From positions 840,001 to 872,000 of the forward strand of contig NC_009664.2 of NCBI RefSeq assembly GCF_000017305.1: 32,000 nucleotides of DNA, written 5' to 3'. This document shows, one piece after another, positions 1 through 8,955 of this stretch. The DNA is from Kineococcus radiotolerans SRS30216 = ATCC BAA-149 (GTDB taxonomy: Bacteria > Actinomycetota > Actinomycetes > Actinomycetales > Kineococcaceae). Position numbers and translations under genes: made by a program. Each line of letters opens with the position of its first letter. Position 1 is the first letter of the stretch. A model generated the notes under the pieces. It ran no database searches. It saw only the letters and a list, made by a program, of their open reading frames with translations, and was not told the DNA's origin.

Positions 1-289
1 CGCCGAGCTCGGCGAGCACGGCATCAAGGTCAACGGCGTCAACCCCGACGGGGTGGTGCGCGGGTCGGGGATCTTCTCCGGCGGCTGGGGCGCGAAGCGC
101 GCCGCGGTCTACGGGGTGCCGGAGGAGGAGCTGGGCGCCTACTACGCCCAGCGGACCCTGCTCAAGCGCGAGGTCCTGCCCGAGCACGTCGCCAACGCCG
201 TCTTCGTCCTCACCGGCGGGGAGCTCTCCCACACCACCGGCCTGCACGTCCCCGTCGACGCCGGCGTCGCCGCCGCGTTCCTCCGATGA
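1..289 (+). CDS. C-terminal end of a short-chain dehydrogenase domain, as found in the bifunctional rhamnulose-1-phosphate aldolase/lactaldehyde dehydrogenase (RhaD/SDR fusion). The 5' end lies outside the window.
   Basis: The frame is open from position 2 to TGA at 287-289. The tail '...GIKVNGVNPDGVVRGSGIF...YYAQRTLLKREVLPEHVANAVFVLTGGELSHTTGLHVPVDAGVAAAFLR' matches the SDR C-terminus of the actinobacterial rhamnose aldolase/SDR. A rhamnulokinase gene follows directly. Confidence 0.65.
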   Translation, partial: AELGEHGIKVNGVNPDGVVRGSGIFSGGWGAKRAAVYGVPEEELGAYYAQRTLLKREVLPEHVANAVFVLTGGELSHTTGLHVPVDAGVAAAFLR

Positions 290-311
290 CCCGCGAAGCG
301 TAGGGAACACC

Positions 312-1745
312 GTGTCCGTCCACATCGCGGTGGACCTCGGAGCCTCCAGCGGGCGGGTGATGGCCGGCGCGGCCGCACCCGGCCGGCTGGAGCTCACCGA
401 GCTGCACCGCTTCCCCAACGGGCCCGTCCCCCTCGCCGGGGGTCTGGTCACCGACGCCGTGGGCCTGTGGCAGCAGGTCCTCCACGGCCTGCGGGCCGTG
501 GCCCGCGCCCACGGCGACGCCGCCACGGTGGCCGTCGACACGTGGGCGGTGGACTACGGCCTGCTGGCGGCCGACGGGACGCTGCTGGGGACCCCGCGCC
601 ACTACCGCGACCCGCGGACCGGCGGCGTGGCCGAGCGCGTCCTGGCCCGCGTCCCCGGCCCGGACCTCTACGCGCGCAACGGGCTGCAGCACCTGCCCTT
701 CACCACGATCTACCAGCTGCTGGCGGAGGCGGACGGCCCGCTGCTCGCCGCGGCGTCCGACGTCCTCCTGCTGCCGGACCTCTTCGGGTTCTGGTTGTCC
801 GGGGTCCGCGGGGCGGAGGCCACCAACGCCTCCACCACCGGGCTGGCCGACGTGGCGACCGGCCGCTGGGCCCCCGACCTCGCGGAGCTCGCGGGACTGC
901 CCGCGGGGGTGCTCCCGCCCGTGCACGACCCGGGGGCCGTGCTCGGCGGTCTGCGTCCCGACGTCCTGGCCACCACCGGGCTCGGTGCCTCCACCCGCCT
1001 CGTGGCCGTCGGGTCCCACGACACCGCCTCGGCGGTGGTCGCGGTCCCGGCCGAGGACGAGGCCTTCGCCTACGTCGCCTGCGGCACCTGGGGCCTGGTG
1101 GGGGTGGAACTGGAGCGCCCGGTGCTGTCCGCGGAGTCGTTCGCGGCCAACTTCACCAACGAGCGCGGGGTCGACGACCGCATCCGCTACCTGCGCAACG
1201 TCATGGGGTTGTGGGTGCTGCAGCAGTGCGTGGCCGAGTGGTCCGCGGACGCCCCGGTGGACCTCGCCGACCTGCTCGCCGCCGCGGCCGCCCTCGGTCC
1301 GGGCGGCCCGCGCGTCGACATCGACGACCCGCGGTTCCTCGCCCCCGGCCCGATGGCCGGGCGGGTGCGCCGGGCCGTCGCGGAATCCGGTGGGCGGCCC
1401 CCGGCCGGGCCCGCCGAGGTGGCGCGGTGCGTCCTGGACAGCCTCGCCGACGCCTTCGCCCGCACGGTGGCCGACGCCGTGCGCCTCTCCGGTCACCCGG
1501 TCCGGGTGGTCCACCTCGTCGGCGGCGGCGCGCGCAACCGGCTGCTGTGCCAGCTGACGGCGAACGCCTGCGGGCTGCCCGTCGTCGCCGGACCGGTCGA
1601 GGCCACCGCCTTGGGCAACGTCCTCGTGCAGGCCCGCGCGGCCGGCGACCTGTCAGGATCGCTGGAGGGGCTGCGCGACCTGGTGCGCCGGACCAGCGAC
1701 CTCACCACCCACCAGCCCGAACCCACCACCGCAGGAGCGCCGTGA
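312..1745 (+). CDS. rhaB: Rhamnulokinase (FGGY carbohydrate kinase family)
   Basis: GTG start at 312 is preceded by 'aggga' (302-306). The N-terminus '[14 protein letters not shown]' is the FGGY phosphate-1 motif. '[37 protein letters not shown]' is the C-terminal FGGY motif. The gene sits in a rhamnose context. Confidence 0.8.
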   Translation: MSVHIAVDLGASSGRVMAGAAAPGRLELTELHRFPNGPVPLAGGLVTDAVGLWQQVLHGLRAVARAHGDAATVAVDTWAVDYGLLAADGTLLGTPRHYRDPRTGGVAERVLARVPGPDLYARNGLQHLPFTTIYQLLAEADGPLLAAASDVLLLPDLFGFWLSGVRGAEATNASTTGLADVATGRWAPDLAELAGLPAGVLPPVHDPGAVLGGLRPDVLATTGLGASTRLVAVGSHDTASAVVAVPAEDEAFAYVACGTWGLVGVELERPVLSAESFAANFTNERGVDDRIRYLRNVMGLWVLQQCVAEWSADAPVDLADLLAAAAALGPGGPRVDIDDPRFLAPGPMAGRVRRAVAESGGRPPAGPAEVARCVLDSLADAFARTVADAVRLSGHPVRVVHLVGGGARNRLLCQLTANACGLPVVAGPVEATALGNVLVQARAAGDLSGSLEGLRDLVRRTSDLTTHQPEPTTAGAP

Positions 1746-2977
1746 AACGCCAGGTACCGAACGTCCGCGAGATCCTGGAGCTGGTGAGCTTCAAGAAGCC
1801 CGAGCTCAACGGGAGGAAGCGCCGGCTGGAGTCCGCGCTCACCATCGAGGACCTGCGCGCCATCGCCAAGCGCCGTACCCCCAAGGCCGCCTTCGACTAC
1901 ACCGACGGCTCCGCCGAGGGCGAGATCTCCCTCGCCCGCGCCCGCCAGGCCTTCGCCGACGTGGAGTTCCACCCCTCGATCCTGCGCGACGTGTCGAAGG
2001 TCGACACCTCGACCACGATCTTCGGCGGCCCCTCCTCGCTGCCCTTCGGCATCGCCCCCACCGGCTTCACCCGCCTCATGCAGACCGAGGGCGAGACCGC
2101 CGGGGCGGGCGCGGCCGGAGCCGCGGGCATCCCCTTCACCCTCTCCACCCTGGGCACCACCAGCATCGAGCACGTCAAGGCCGCCAACCCCACCGGGCGC
2201 AACTGGTTCCAGCTCTACGTCATGCGCCAGCGCGACATCTCCTACGGGCTGGTGGAGCGCGCCGCGGCGGCCGGGTTCGACACGCTGATGTTCACCGTGG
2301 ACACCCCCATCGCCGGGGCCCGGCTGCGCGACAAGCGCAACGGCTTCTCCATCCCCCCGCAGCTGACCGCCTCCACCGTCCTGGACACCCTCGCCCGGCC
2401 GTGGTGGTGGTTCGACTTCCTCACCACCACCAAGCTGGAGTTCGCCTCCCTCACCGAGACCGGCGGCACCGTCGGCGAGCTCCTCGACTACGCGATGGAC
2501 CCCTCCATCGACTACGACGACCTCGCCGAGATCCGCGCCCTGTGGCCGGGCAAGCTCGTGGTCAAGGGCGTCCAGAACGTCGCGGACTCCCGCAGGCTCG
2601 CCGACCTCGGCGTCGACGGGATCGTCCTGTCCAACCACGGCGGGCGGCAGCTGGACCGCGCCCCCATCCCCTTCCACCTGCTGCCCGAGGTGGTCCGCGA
2701 GGTCGGGCGCGACACCGAGATCGCCATCGACACCGGCATCATGAACGGCGCCGACGTCGTGGCCTCCATCGCCATGGGCGCCAGGTTCACCCTCGTCGGG
2801 CGCGCCTACCTCTACGGCCTCATGGCCGGCGGGCGCCAGGGCGTGGACCGCGCCATCGCGATCCTCGCCGACCAGGTCGTGCGGACCATGAAGCTGCTCG
2901 AGGTCGCCTCCCTGGAGGAGCTCACCCCCGCCCACGTCACCCAGCTCGAACGACTGGTCCCCCGCGCCCGCGGCTGA
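1742..2977 (+). CDS. lldD: FMN-dependent alpha-hydroxy-acid dehydrogenase (L-lactate dehydrogenase/LldD-like)
   Basis: This is the last 411 codons of track ORF 467..2977. The GTG at 1742 overlaps the rhaB stop (GTGA). The N-terminus '[61 protein letters not shown]' and '[13 protein letters not shown]' are typical of LldD/glycolate-oxidase family enzymes. Confidence 0.8.
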   Translation: MKRQVPNVREILELVSFKKPELNGRKRRLESALTIEDLRAIAKRRTPKAAFDYTDGSAEGEISLARARQAFADVEFHPSILRDVSKVDTSTTIFGGPSSLPFGIAPTGFTRLMQTEGETAGAGAAGAAGIPFTLSTLGTTSIEHVKAANPTGRNWFQLYVMRQRDISYGLVERAAAAGFDTLMFTVDTPIAGARLRDKRNGFSIPPQLTASTVLDTLARPWWWFDFLTTTKLEFASLTETGGTVGELLDYAMDPSIDYDDLAEIRALWPGKLVVKGVQNVADSRRLADLGVDGIVLSNHGGRQLDRAPIPFHLLPEVVREVGRDTEIAIDTGIMNGADVVASIAMGARFTLVGRAYLYGLMAGGRQGVDRAIAILADQVVRTMKLLEVASLEELTPAHVTQLERLVPRARG

Positions 2978-3017
2978 CGGCCGCACCCCCGGGGGGGTGG
3001 GCCGGCGGTCCGCGGGC

Positions 3018-3638
3018 TCAGCGGCCGCCGGCCCGGCCCCCGTCCGCGGGCCGGGCCCGCTGGGGGTGGATCGTCTCCTGCCGGGCGAGCATCGCGACGA
3101 ACTCCTCGATCCGGCGCCGGCGGGTCTCCTCGCGCTTCACCGACCCCAGCCGGTGGATCAGGGCGTAGCGGTTGGTCCGGGTGAGCACGTCGAACATCGC
3201 CCGGGCCGCGGGGTCGGCCGCGATCGCGGCGGCCAGCTCGGGCGGGACCTCGGCCTCGGACTGCGCCGCGTACGCCGCCTGCCACCTCCCGTCCGCCTGC
3301 GCGGCCTCCACCGCGGCCCGCCCCGCGGGCAGCAGCCGCCCCTCCGCCTCCAGCCGGGCCACGTTGGCGACGTTGCGCTGCGACCACGCGCTGCGCCGCC
3401 CCCGGGGGGTGTACCGGACCGAGGACGTCTGCTCGTCCCGCTTGCGGCCCTGCCCGTCGATCCAGCCCACGCACAGCGCCTCGTCGACGGCCTGCTGCCA
3501 GGTGAGGGAGGTGAGCGTGCCGCCCTTGCGGGTCAGGGCGAGCCACACCCCCGGGGAGCTCGCGTGGTGGGCCAGCAGCCACGCGCGCAGCTCCCCGGCG
3601 TCGGCGACGAGCAGTTCGTCCAGCTCCGCAGCGGCCAC
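3018..3638 (-). CDS. YdeI/OmpD-associated family protein (function unknown)
   Basis: 206-aa ORF with '...LRAWLLAHHASSPGVWLALTRKG...LTWQQAVDEALCVGWIDGQ...YTPRGRRSAWSQRNVANVARLEAEGRLLPAG', the pattern I associate with the YdeI/OmdA family. The overlapping + strand ORFs have Arg/Pro/Gly-rich junk translations. Confidence 0.55.
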   Translation of the reverse strand: MAAAELDELLVADAGELRAWLLAHHASSPGVWLALTRKGGTLTSLTWQQAVDEALCVGWIDGQGRKRDEQTSSVRYTPRGRRSAWSQRNVANVARLEAEGRLLPAGRAAVEAAQADGRWQAAYAAQSEAEVPPELAAAIAADPAARAMFDVLTRTNRYALIHRLGSVKREETRRRRIEEFVAMLARQETIHPQRARPADGGRAGGR

Positions 3639-3658
3639 CCCCGCACGCTAGCCCCCGC

Positions 3659-5125
3659 TCACGACACCCCGAGGGCCTCCTTCAGCGGGTCGATCGCGAA
3701 GTAGAGCACGAACAGCGCGGCCACGACCCACAGGACCGGGTGCACCTGGCGGGCCTTGCCCTTGGCGACCTTGAGCACGACGAAGGCGATGAACCCGGCC
3801 CCGATGCCCGCGCTGATGGAGTAGGTGAACGGCATGAGGACGATGGTCAGGAAGGCCGGCAGGGCGATCTCGAGGTCGGCCCAGTCGATGCCCTTGACCT
3901 GGGTCATCATGAGGAAGCCCACCACGACCAGCGCCGGCGTCGCGGCCTCGTAGGGCACGATCGAGACGACCGGGGCCAGGAACGTCGCCAGCAGGAACGC
4001 GATCCCGGTGACGACGCTGGCCAGCCCGGTGCGGGCCCCCTCGCCGACACCGGTGGCGGACTCGATGAAGCTGGTGTTGCTCGACACCCCGCCCGCGCCG
4101 CCGGCGGCGGCGGCGATGGAGTCCACGACGAGGATGCGCCGCATGCGCGGAGGGTTGCCCTCGGCGTCGAGGAGGTCGCCCTCGGCCCCGATGGCCACGA
4201 CCGTGCCCATGGTGTCGAAGAAGTCCGCGAGCAGGAGGGTGAACACCAGCAGCAGGACGCTGACGACGCCGATCGCCTGGAAGGACCCCAGCAGGGAGAA
4301 CTGCCCGAGGGTGGAGAAGTCCGGCGCGGACACCCAGCTGTCGGGCAGGGCGGGGACGTTGAGGCCCCAGGCCCGCGGGTCCGCGACCTCCCCGTCGGCC
4401 CCGGTGCGCGGTCCCAGCTGCGCCACCGCCTCCACGACGACGGCCAGCGCCGTGGCGACCACGATCCCGATGAGGATCGAGCCCCGGACCCCGCGGGCCA
4501 TGAGCACGATGGTCAGCAGCAGGCCGACCACGAAGACGAGGGTGGGCCAGCCGGCGAGGAAGCCGCCGATGCCGAGCTCCAGCGGGGTGCCGCTGCCGGA
4601 GCGGACGAAGCCGGCGTCGACGAGGCCGACGATGGTGATGAACAACCCGATGCCGACGCTGATGGCGATCTTCATCTGGGCCGGCACGGCGCGGAACACC
4701 GCCTCGCGCAGGCCGGTGAGCACCAGGACGAGGATGACGAGGCCCTCGATGACGACCAGGCCCATGGCGTCGGCCCAGGTCATCCCGGGCAGGCTCGCCA
4801 CCCCGAAGGCCAGGAAGGCGTTGAGCCCCAGCCCGGTGGCCAGGGCCAGCGGGTAGTTGGCGACCACGCCCATGAGCAGCGTCACCACCCCCGCCACCAG
4901 GGCGGTGCCCGCGGCGACGGCCGCCAGGTCGGGGGCGTCCCCGCCCCCGAGGAAGCCGCCGGTGCCGTCGGGCTGGGTGCCGATGATCAGCGGGTTGAGC
5001 ACGATGATGTAGGCCATCGTGAAGAAGGTCGCGAGACCGCCGCGGACCTCCCGTCCGACGGTGGACCCGCGGGCGCTGACCTCGAACCAGCGGTCGAGGG
5101 CGGACGGTGTGCTGGCGCGCGACAT
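3659..5125 (-). CDS. NCS2-family purine permease (adenine/guanine/hypoxanthine, AzgA/PbuG-like)
   Basis: 488-aa polytopic protein. The N-terminus 'LDRWFEVSARGSTVGREVRGGLATFFTMAYIIVLNP' is the hallmark start of AzgA-type permeases. ATG start at 5125 has an 'agagg' RBS. Confidence 0.85.
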   Translation of the reverse strand: MSRASTPSALDRWFEVSARGSTVGREVRGGLATFFTMAYIIVLNPLIIGTQPDGTGGFLGGGDAPDLAAVAAGTALVAGVVTLLMGVVANYPLALATGLGLNAFLAFGVASLPGMTWADAMGLVVIEGLVILVLVLTGLREAVFRAVPAQMKIAISVGIGLFITIVGLVDAGFVRSGSGTPLELGIGGFLAGWPTLVFVVGLLLTIVLMARGVRGSILIGIVVATALAVVVEAVAQLGPRTGADGEVADPRAWGLNVPALPDSWVSAPDFSTLGQFSLLGSFQAIGVVSVLLLVFTLLLADFFDTMGTVVAIGAEGDLLDAEGNPPRMRRILVVDSIAAAAGGAGGVSSNTSFIESATGVGEGARTGLASVVTGIAFLLATFLAPVVSIVPYEAATPALVVVGFLMMTQVKGIDWADLEIALPAFLTIVLMPFTYSISAGIGAGFIAFVVLKVAKGKARQVHPVLWVVAALFVLYFAIDPLKEALGVS

Positions 5126-5176
5126 TCAGGACCTCTGGGTCTGGGGGGGTTGGACCGCGGGCGATCCTGCCAGAGC

Positions 5177-6460
5177 TCAGTGCACCGGGGCGACCGGCGA
5201 GATCACCACCTGACGCACCGGGGCGTGCACCCCCGCCCACGTCGAGGACAGCGCCTCGTGCAGCACCGCGCCGGCGGCGCCGAGGGCCCCGGCCTGCTCC
5301 CCCGCCTCCCCCAGGCGCACGGCGACCGGGTGGACCTCGCGGGTCATGGCCGTCCCCAGCCGGGCGGCCAGCGCCGCGCGCACCCGCTCCCCGCTGCGGC
5401 GCAGCCCCGCCCCGCCGAGCACCACCTCGCTGACGTCGAGGACGTTGACGACCCCGAGCACCACGCGGGCGACGTCGTCGGCGGCGGCGTCCAGCACCCG
5501 CGCCGCCTCGCGGTCCCCGGCTCCGGCGCGGGCGCCGAGCAGGTCGTGGTCGTCGAGGACGGTGCGCCCGGCCAGGCGCAGGCCCGCGGCCCGGGCGGTG
5601 CGCGAGCCCACCCGTTCGACGTAGCGGCGCACCACGGCCGCGGGGGCGGCGACCGCCTCAAGGCACCCCCGGGACCCGCACGGGCACCGCGGGCCGGCCG
5701 GGTCGACGACGACGTGCCCGATCTCGCCGGCGTTGCCGGAGTCCCCGCGCAGCACCTCGTCGCGCAGCACGACCCCACCGCCGATGCCCGCCCCGACGTG
5801 GACGTAGAGGAAGCTGCGGCCGGTGCGCGGTGAGCGCCAGAGGTCCCCGACCGCCGCGGCGGTGGCGTCGTTCTCCACCAGGACCGGCAGCCCGGTGGCC
5901 GCGGCCAGCAGGTCCGCGATCGCCACCCCGCGCCAGCCCGGCAGGTTGATCGCCGAGCTGCGCACGGGGCCGGTGAAGTCCAGCGGCCCCGGGACCGCCA
6001 CCCCCACCCCGCGCACGGCCCCCTCGTCCGCGCCCCCGGCGCCCACGAGGCGGCGGACGAGGCCGGCGGCGTGGGCCACGACGAGCTCGACGGGGGCCAG
6101 CGGGTCCGGCAGCGGCTCCCGGTCGACCCCGACGACCACCCCGGACAGGTCCAGCAGGACGGCGTCGACGTGCTCGCGCTCGAACTGGACGCCGACGGCC
6201 AGGGCCGCGCCGGGTCGCACCGACAGCGCGGTCCGGGGTTTGCCCGCCCCCCGGCCGGCGCCGTCGCGCAGCAGGGCGACCCCCTCCTGGACCAGTCCGC
6301 GTTCGAGGAGGCGCCGGACGATGTTCGAGACCGTCTGCAGGGTCAGCCCCGTCGCCGCCGCCAGCTCCGTGCGGGAGGTCCCGGGGTGACGACGGATGCC
6401 GTCGAGCACCACCGCCTGGTTGTAGTCCCCCACCCAGGGCAGGTTCGTGCCACGTCGCAC
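5177..6460 (-). CDS. ROK-family transcriptional regulator
   Basis: It has an N-terminal winged HTH ('NQAVVLDGIRRHPGTSRTELAAATGLTLQTVSNIVRRLLERGLV'). The ROK sugar-kinase fold carries the zinc motif 'GHVVVDPAGPRCPCGSRGCLE'. It is divergent from a sugar ABC operon. Confidence 0.85.
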   Translation of the reverse strand: MRRGTNLPWVGDYNQAVVLDGIRRHPGTSRTELAAATGLTLQTVSNIVRRLLERGLVQEGVALLRDGAGRGAGKPRTALSVRPGAALAVGVQFEREHVDAVLLDLSGVVVGVDREPLPDPLAPVELVVAHAAGLVRRLVGAGGADEGAVRGVGVAVPGPLDFTGPVRSSAINLPGWRGVAIADLLAAATGLPVLVENDATAAAVGDLWRSPRTGRSFLYVHVGAGIGGGVVLRDEVLRGDSGNAGEIGHVVVDPAGPRCPCGSRGCLEAVAAPAAVVRRYVERVGSRTARAAGLRLAGRTVLDDHDLLGARAGAGDREAARVLDAAADDVARVVLGVVNVLDVSEVVLGGAGLRRSGERVRAALAARLGTAMTREVHPVAVRLGEAGEQAGALGAAGAVLHEALSSTWAGVHAPVRQVVISPVAPVH

Positions 6461-6521
6461 CGCGCCTCCTCGCGCTCGGCGACCCCTTTGGGATCGTTCT
6501 CAGAATCATGCTCCCGATCCG

Positions 6522-6551
6522 TTGACACGGTCAATCCACTGGATTTACTTT
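6522..6551 (+). promoter_or_regulatory. Candidate sigma-70-type promoter for the sugar ABC operon, overlapped by two short palindromes that may be a ROK operator
   Basis: TTGACA (6522-6527), an 18-nt spacer, then TACTTT (6546-6551), in the most AT-rich patch of the ROK/SBP intergenic region. The palindromes are TTGAC-ACG-GTCAA (6522-6534) and ATCCA-C-TGGAT (6534-6544). Confidence 0.35.
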
Positions 6552-6632
6552 CCTCGGACGGAGCAGCGCACCGGAGCCCGACCGGCCGGCGCGACGCCCA
6601 TCGGATCGGACACCGCCACGAGGGAGTGGGTT

Positions 6633-7994
6633 GTGCGTCGTCGTACCTTCCTGACAGCTACCGGCCTCGGCGCCGGGACCGTGCTCGGAACCGCCGCCTG
6701 CGGGGGCGATTCCCAGTCCGGGGACTCCGACAGCTCGGCGACCAAGGTCGCCTACCAGCAGTGGGGCTCCGGCACCGTGATGAAGGACTACCTCACCGGG
6801 GTGAAGTCGGCTTACGAGTCGGCGAACCCCGGCAAGACCATGGAACTCGTGCCGATCGTCGCCTCCGAGAACGACTACTACACCAAGCTCCAGCTGATGA
6901 TGCGCTCGCCGCGCACCTCCCCGGACGTCGTGTACGAGGACACCTTCCTCATCAACTCCGACATCACCGCCGGGTACCTCCAGCCGCTCGACTCCTTCCT
7001 GGGGAACTGGGAGGAGTGGAACCAGTTCCAGGACGTCGCCAAGGGAGCCGCGAAGGCCGCCGACGGCAAGACGTACGGGGTTCCGGACGGCACCGACACC
7101 CGTGCCCTCTGGTACAACAAGGACCTGTTCACCCAGGCCGGCCTGTCCGCCGATTGGAAACCCGCCGGCTGGGACGACGTCCTGGCCGCCTGCCGGGAAC
7201 TCAAGGGGAAGCTCCCGAACGTCACCCCGATCAACATCTACGCGGGCAAGGCGGCCGGCGAGGCGGCGTCGATGCAGGGTTTCGAGATGATCTTCTACGG
7301 AACCGGTACGACGCTCTACGACCCCGACCAAGACAAGTGGAACGTCGGCAGCCCGGAGTTCCGCGACGCCCTCACGTTCCTCAAGACGGTCTACGACGAG
7401 GGACTCGCGCCCGACCCGTCCATCGCCCTGGACGCCCAGGTGAGCACCCGGGTCCAGGAGGAGTTCCTCCCCGGCGGAACCCTGGCCGTGAACCTCGACG
7501 GGTCCTGGGTGTCGAGCACCTGGCTGGAGACCGGCGGGGCGCCGTGGCCGGAGTGGAACGACACCATGGGGCAGGCCCCGATGCCGACGCGGGACGGTTC
7601 GGACGGGGGCAGCATCAGCATGTCCGGCGGCTGGACGTGGGCCATGACCAAGAACGCCGCGAACGCCGACGACGCGTGGAAGGTCATCTCCACCCTGACC
7701 TCGTTCGAGAACAACCTCAGGTACAACATCAACGCCGCGGCCGTCGCCGTCCGCAAGGACGTCGCGACCGATCCCGAGTACACCGGGTCCAACCCCACGC
7801 TGGAGTTCTTCTCCGGCCTCGTCCCGGTGACGCAGTACCGGCCGCAGAACACCGACTACCCGCGCGTCTCCAGCGAGATCCAGGTGGCCATGGAAGCCGT
7901 CGTGACGGGCCAGGCCAGCGTCGAGGAAGCCGCGAACGCCTACGACGACGCGGTCAAGGGCATCGTCGGCGAGGACCGGACCGCGACGCTCTGA
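6633..7994 (+). CDS. Carbohydrate ABC transporter substrate-binding lipoprotein (family 1 SBP)
   Basis: GTG at 6633 follows 'agggag' (6621-6626). The N-terminus 'VRRRTFLTATGLGAGTVLGTAACGG' combines a twin-arginine signal with a lipobox Cys. The body has the SBP_bac_1 look ('ALWYNKDLF', 'GGWTWAMTKNA'). The track start at 6447 adds an implausible Arg/Pro leader. Confidence 0.85.
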   Translation: MRRRTFLTATGLGAGTVLGTAACGGDSQSGDSDSSATKVAYQQWGSGTVMKDYLTGVKSAYESANPGKTMELVPIVASENDYYTKLQLMMRSPRTSPDVVYEDTFLINSDITAGYLQPLDSFLGNWEEWNQFQDVAKGAAKAADGKTYGVPDGTDTRALWYNKDLFTQAGLSADWKPAGWDDVLAACRELKGKLPNVTPINIYAGKAAGEAASMQGFEMIFYGTGTTLYDPDQDKWNVGSPEFRDALTFLKTVYDEGLAPDPSIALDAQVSTRVQEEFLPGGTLAVNLDGSWVSSTWLETGGAPWPEWNDTMGQAPMPTRDGSDGGSISMSGGWTWAMTKNAANADDAWKVISTLTSFENNLRYNINAAAVAVRKDVATDPEYTGSNPTLEFFSGLVPVTQYRPQNTDYPRVSSEIQVAMEAVVTGQASVEEAANAYDDAVKGIVGEDRTATL

Positions 7995-8023
7995 CCCGTC
8001 GTCCCCAACAGGAAGGAGGGCCC

Positions 8024-8950
8024 GTGGCCACGCTCACCCGCCCCACGTCGGGAGCCCCGGACCGACCGGAACTCCGGCGCAGGACGCACCCGCTGTCGGT
8101 CGACATCGCCCGCGCCCTCCCGCTCACCCCGGCGATCGCGCTGCTGCTGGTGTTCCTCGCCGGCCCGATCCTGTGGTGCGTCTACGCCGCGTTCACGAAC
8201 ACGGCGCTCACCGGGGCCGGCTCGGGCGACACGCAGTTCGTGGGCCTGGACAACTTCCGGGCCGCGTTCGGCAGCGACACGTTCCGCAACTCCGTCGTCC
8301 TCACCCTGGTCTTCACGTTCCTCTCCGCCGTCGTCGGTCAGAACCTGCTCGGCCTGGGCCTGGCCCTGCTCCAGAAGCGCTCGGCGAAGCTCGTGCGCAC
8401 CCTGGTGGGCGTCACCGTCATCGGCGCCTGGGTCATCCCCGAGGTCGTGGCCGGGTACCTCTGGTACGCGTTCCTGGCCGAGGACGGGACGCTGAACGAG
8501 ATCATCGGCGTGCTGGGGCTGGGGCAGAACTGGCTCTACACGCTGCCGATCATCGCGGTGTCGCTGGCCAACGTCTGGCGCGGGACCGCGTTCTCCATGC
8601 TCGTCTACAACGCCGCCCTCTCCGAGATCCCGCAGGAGATCGAGGAGGCCGCCGAGATGGACGGGGCCACCGGCTGGCGGCGGCTGCGCTTCGTCACCGT
8701 CCCGATGATCAAGCGCACCGTGACCACCAACCTCATGCTCATCACGCTGCAGACGCTGTCGGTCTTCGGCCTCATCTACACGATGACCCGCGGCGGGCCC
8801 GGCACCAAGAGCCAGACGCTGCCGCTGTACATGTACGAACAGGCCTTCTCCTTCAGCCAGATCGGCTACGGCACCGCCATCGCCCTCGTCCTGCTCGCGG
8901 TCGGCGGGGTCTTCTCCATCGTCTACATGCGCCTGCTGCGCGAGGACTGA
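8024..8950 (+). CDS. Carbohydrate ABC transporter permease (MalF/UgpA-like)
   Basis: GTG at 8024 follows 'ggaaggaggg' (8011-8020), in the frame of track ORF 6071..8950. Multiple TM helices. EAA loop 'EIEEAAEMDGATGWRRLRFVTVPMIK'. Confidence 0.85.
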   Translation: MATLTRPTSGAPDRPELRRRTHPLSVDIARALPLTPAIALLLVFLAGPILWCVYAAFTNTALTGAGSGDTQFVGLDNFRAAFGSDTFRNSVVLTLVFTFLSAVVGQNLLGLGLALLQKRSAKLVRTLVGVTVIGAWVIPEVVAGYLWYAFLAEDGTLNEIIGVLGLGQNWLYTLPIIAVSLANVWRGTAFSMLVYNAALSEIPQEIEEAAEMDGATGWRRLRFVTVPMIKRTVTTNLMLITLQTLSVFGLIYTMTRGGPGTKSQTLPLYMYEQAFSFSQIGYGTAIALVLLAVGGVFSIVYMRLLRED

Positions 8951-8955
8951 CGCCC

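Noticed and set aside
210-1514. 434-aa minus-strand ORF antisense to rhaB, along with the other long alternate-frame ORFs over 467-1741.
   Set aside because: The translation is Arg/Gly/Pro/His-rich with no motifs. rhaB on the + strand has clear FGGY motifs. Such ORFs are expected because GC-rich sequence depletes stop codons.
2984-2999. CACCCCC-GG-GGGGGTG self-complementary run after the lldD stop, considered as a terminator.
   Set aside because: The loop is too small for the full stem and no U-tract follows. It could contribute to termination between the convergent genes, but the evidence is too weak to list as a feature.
5126-5176. Possible purine riboswitch upstream of the NCS2 purine permease.
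   Set aside because: The gap to the upstream ROK stop is only 51 nt, too short for a purine aptamer plus expression platform. I see no three-way-junction pattern.
3740-5833. 697-aa + strand ORF, and the 530-aa minus-strand ORF 3648..5240, overlapping the purine permease and the ROK gene.
   Set aside because: Both give Asp/Gly/Arg/His-rich junk translations. The permease frame (3659..5125) and the ROK frame (5177..6460) carry recognisable family motifs.
6447-6632. The ORF-track start at 6447 for the sugar-binding protein, and the 6071 and 8173 starts for the two permeases.
   Set aside because: The upstream extensions are Arg/Pro-rich. They cross the promoter region or the preceding gene. Internal GTG/ATG starts with RBS-like sequences give canonical signal-peptide or TM N-termini.
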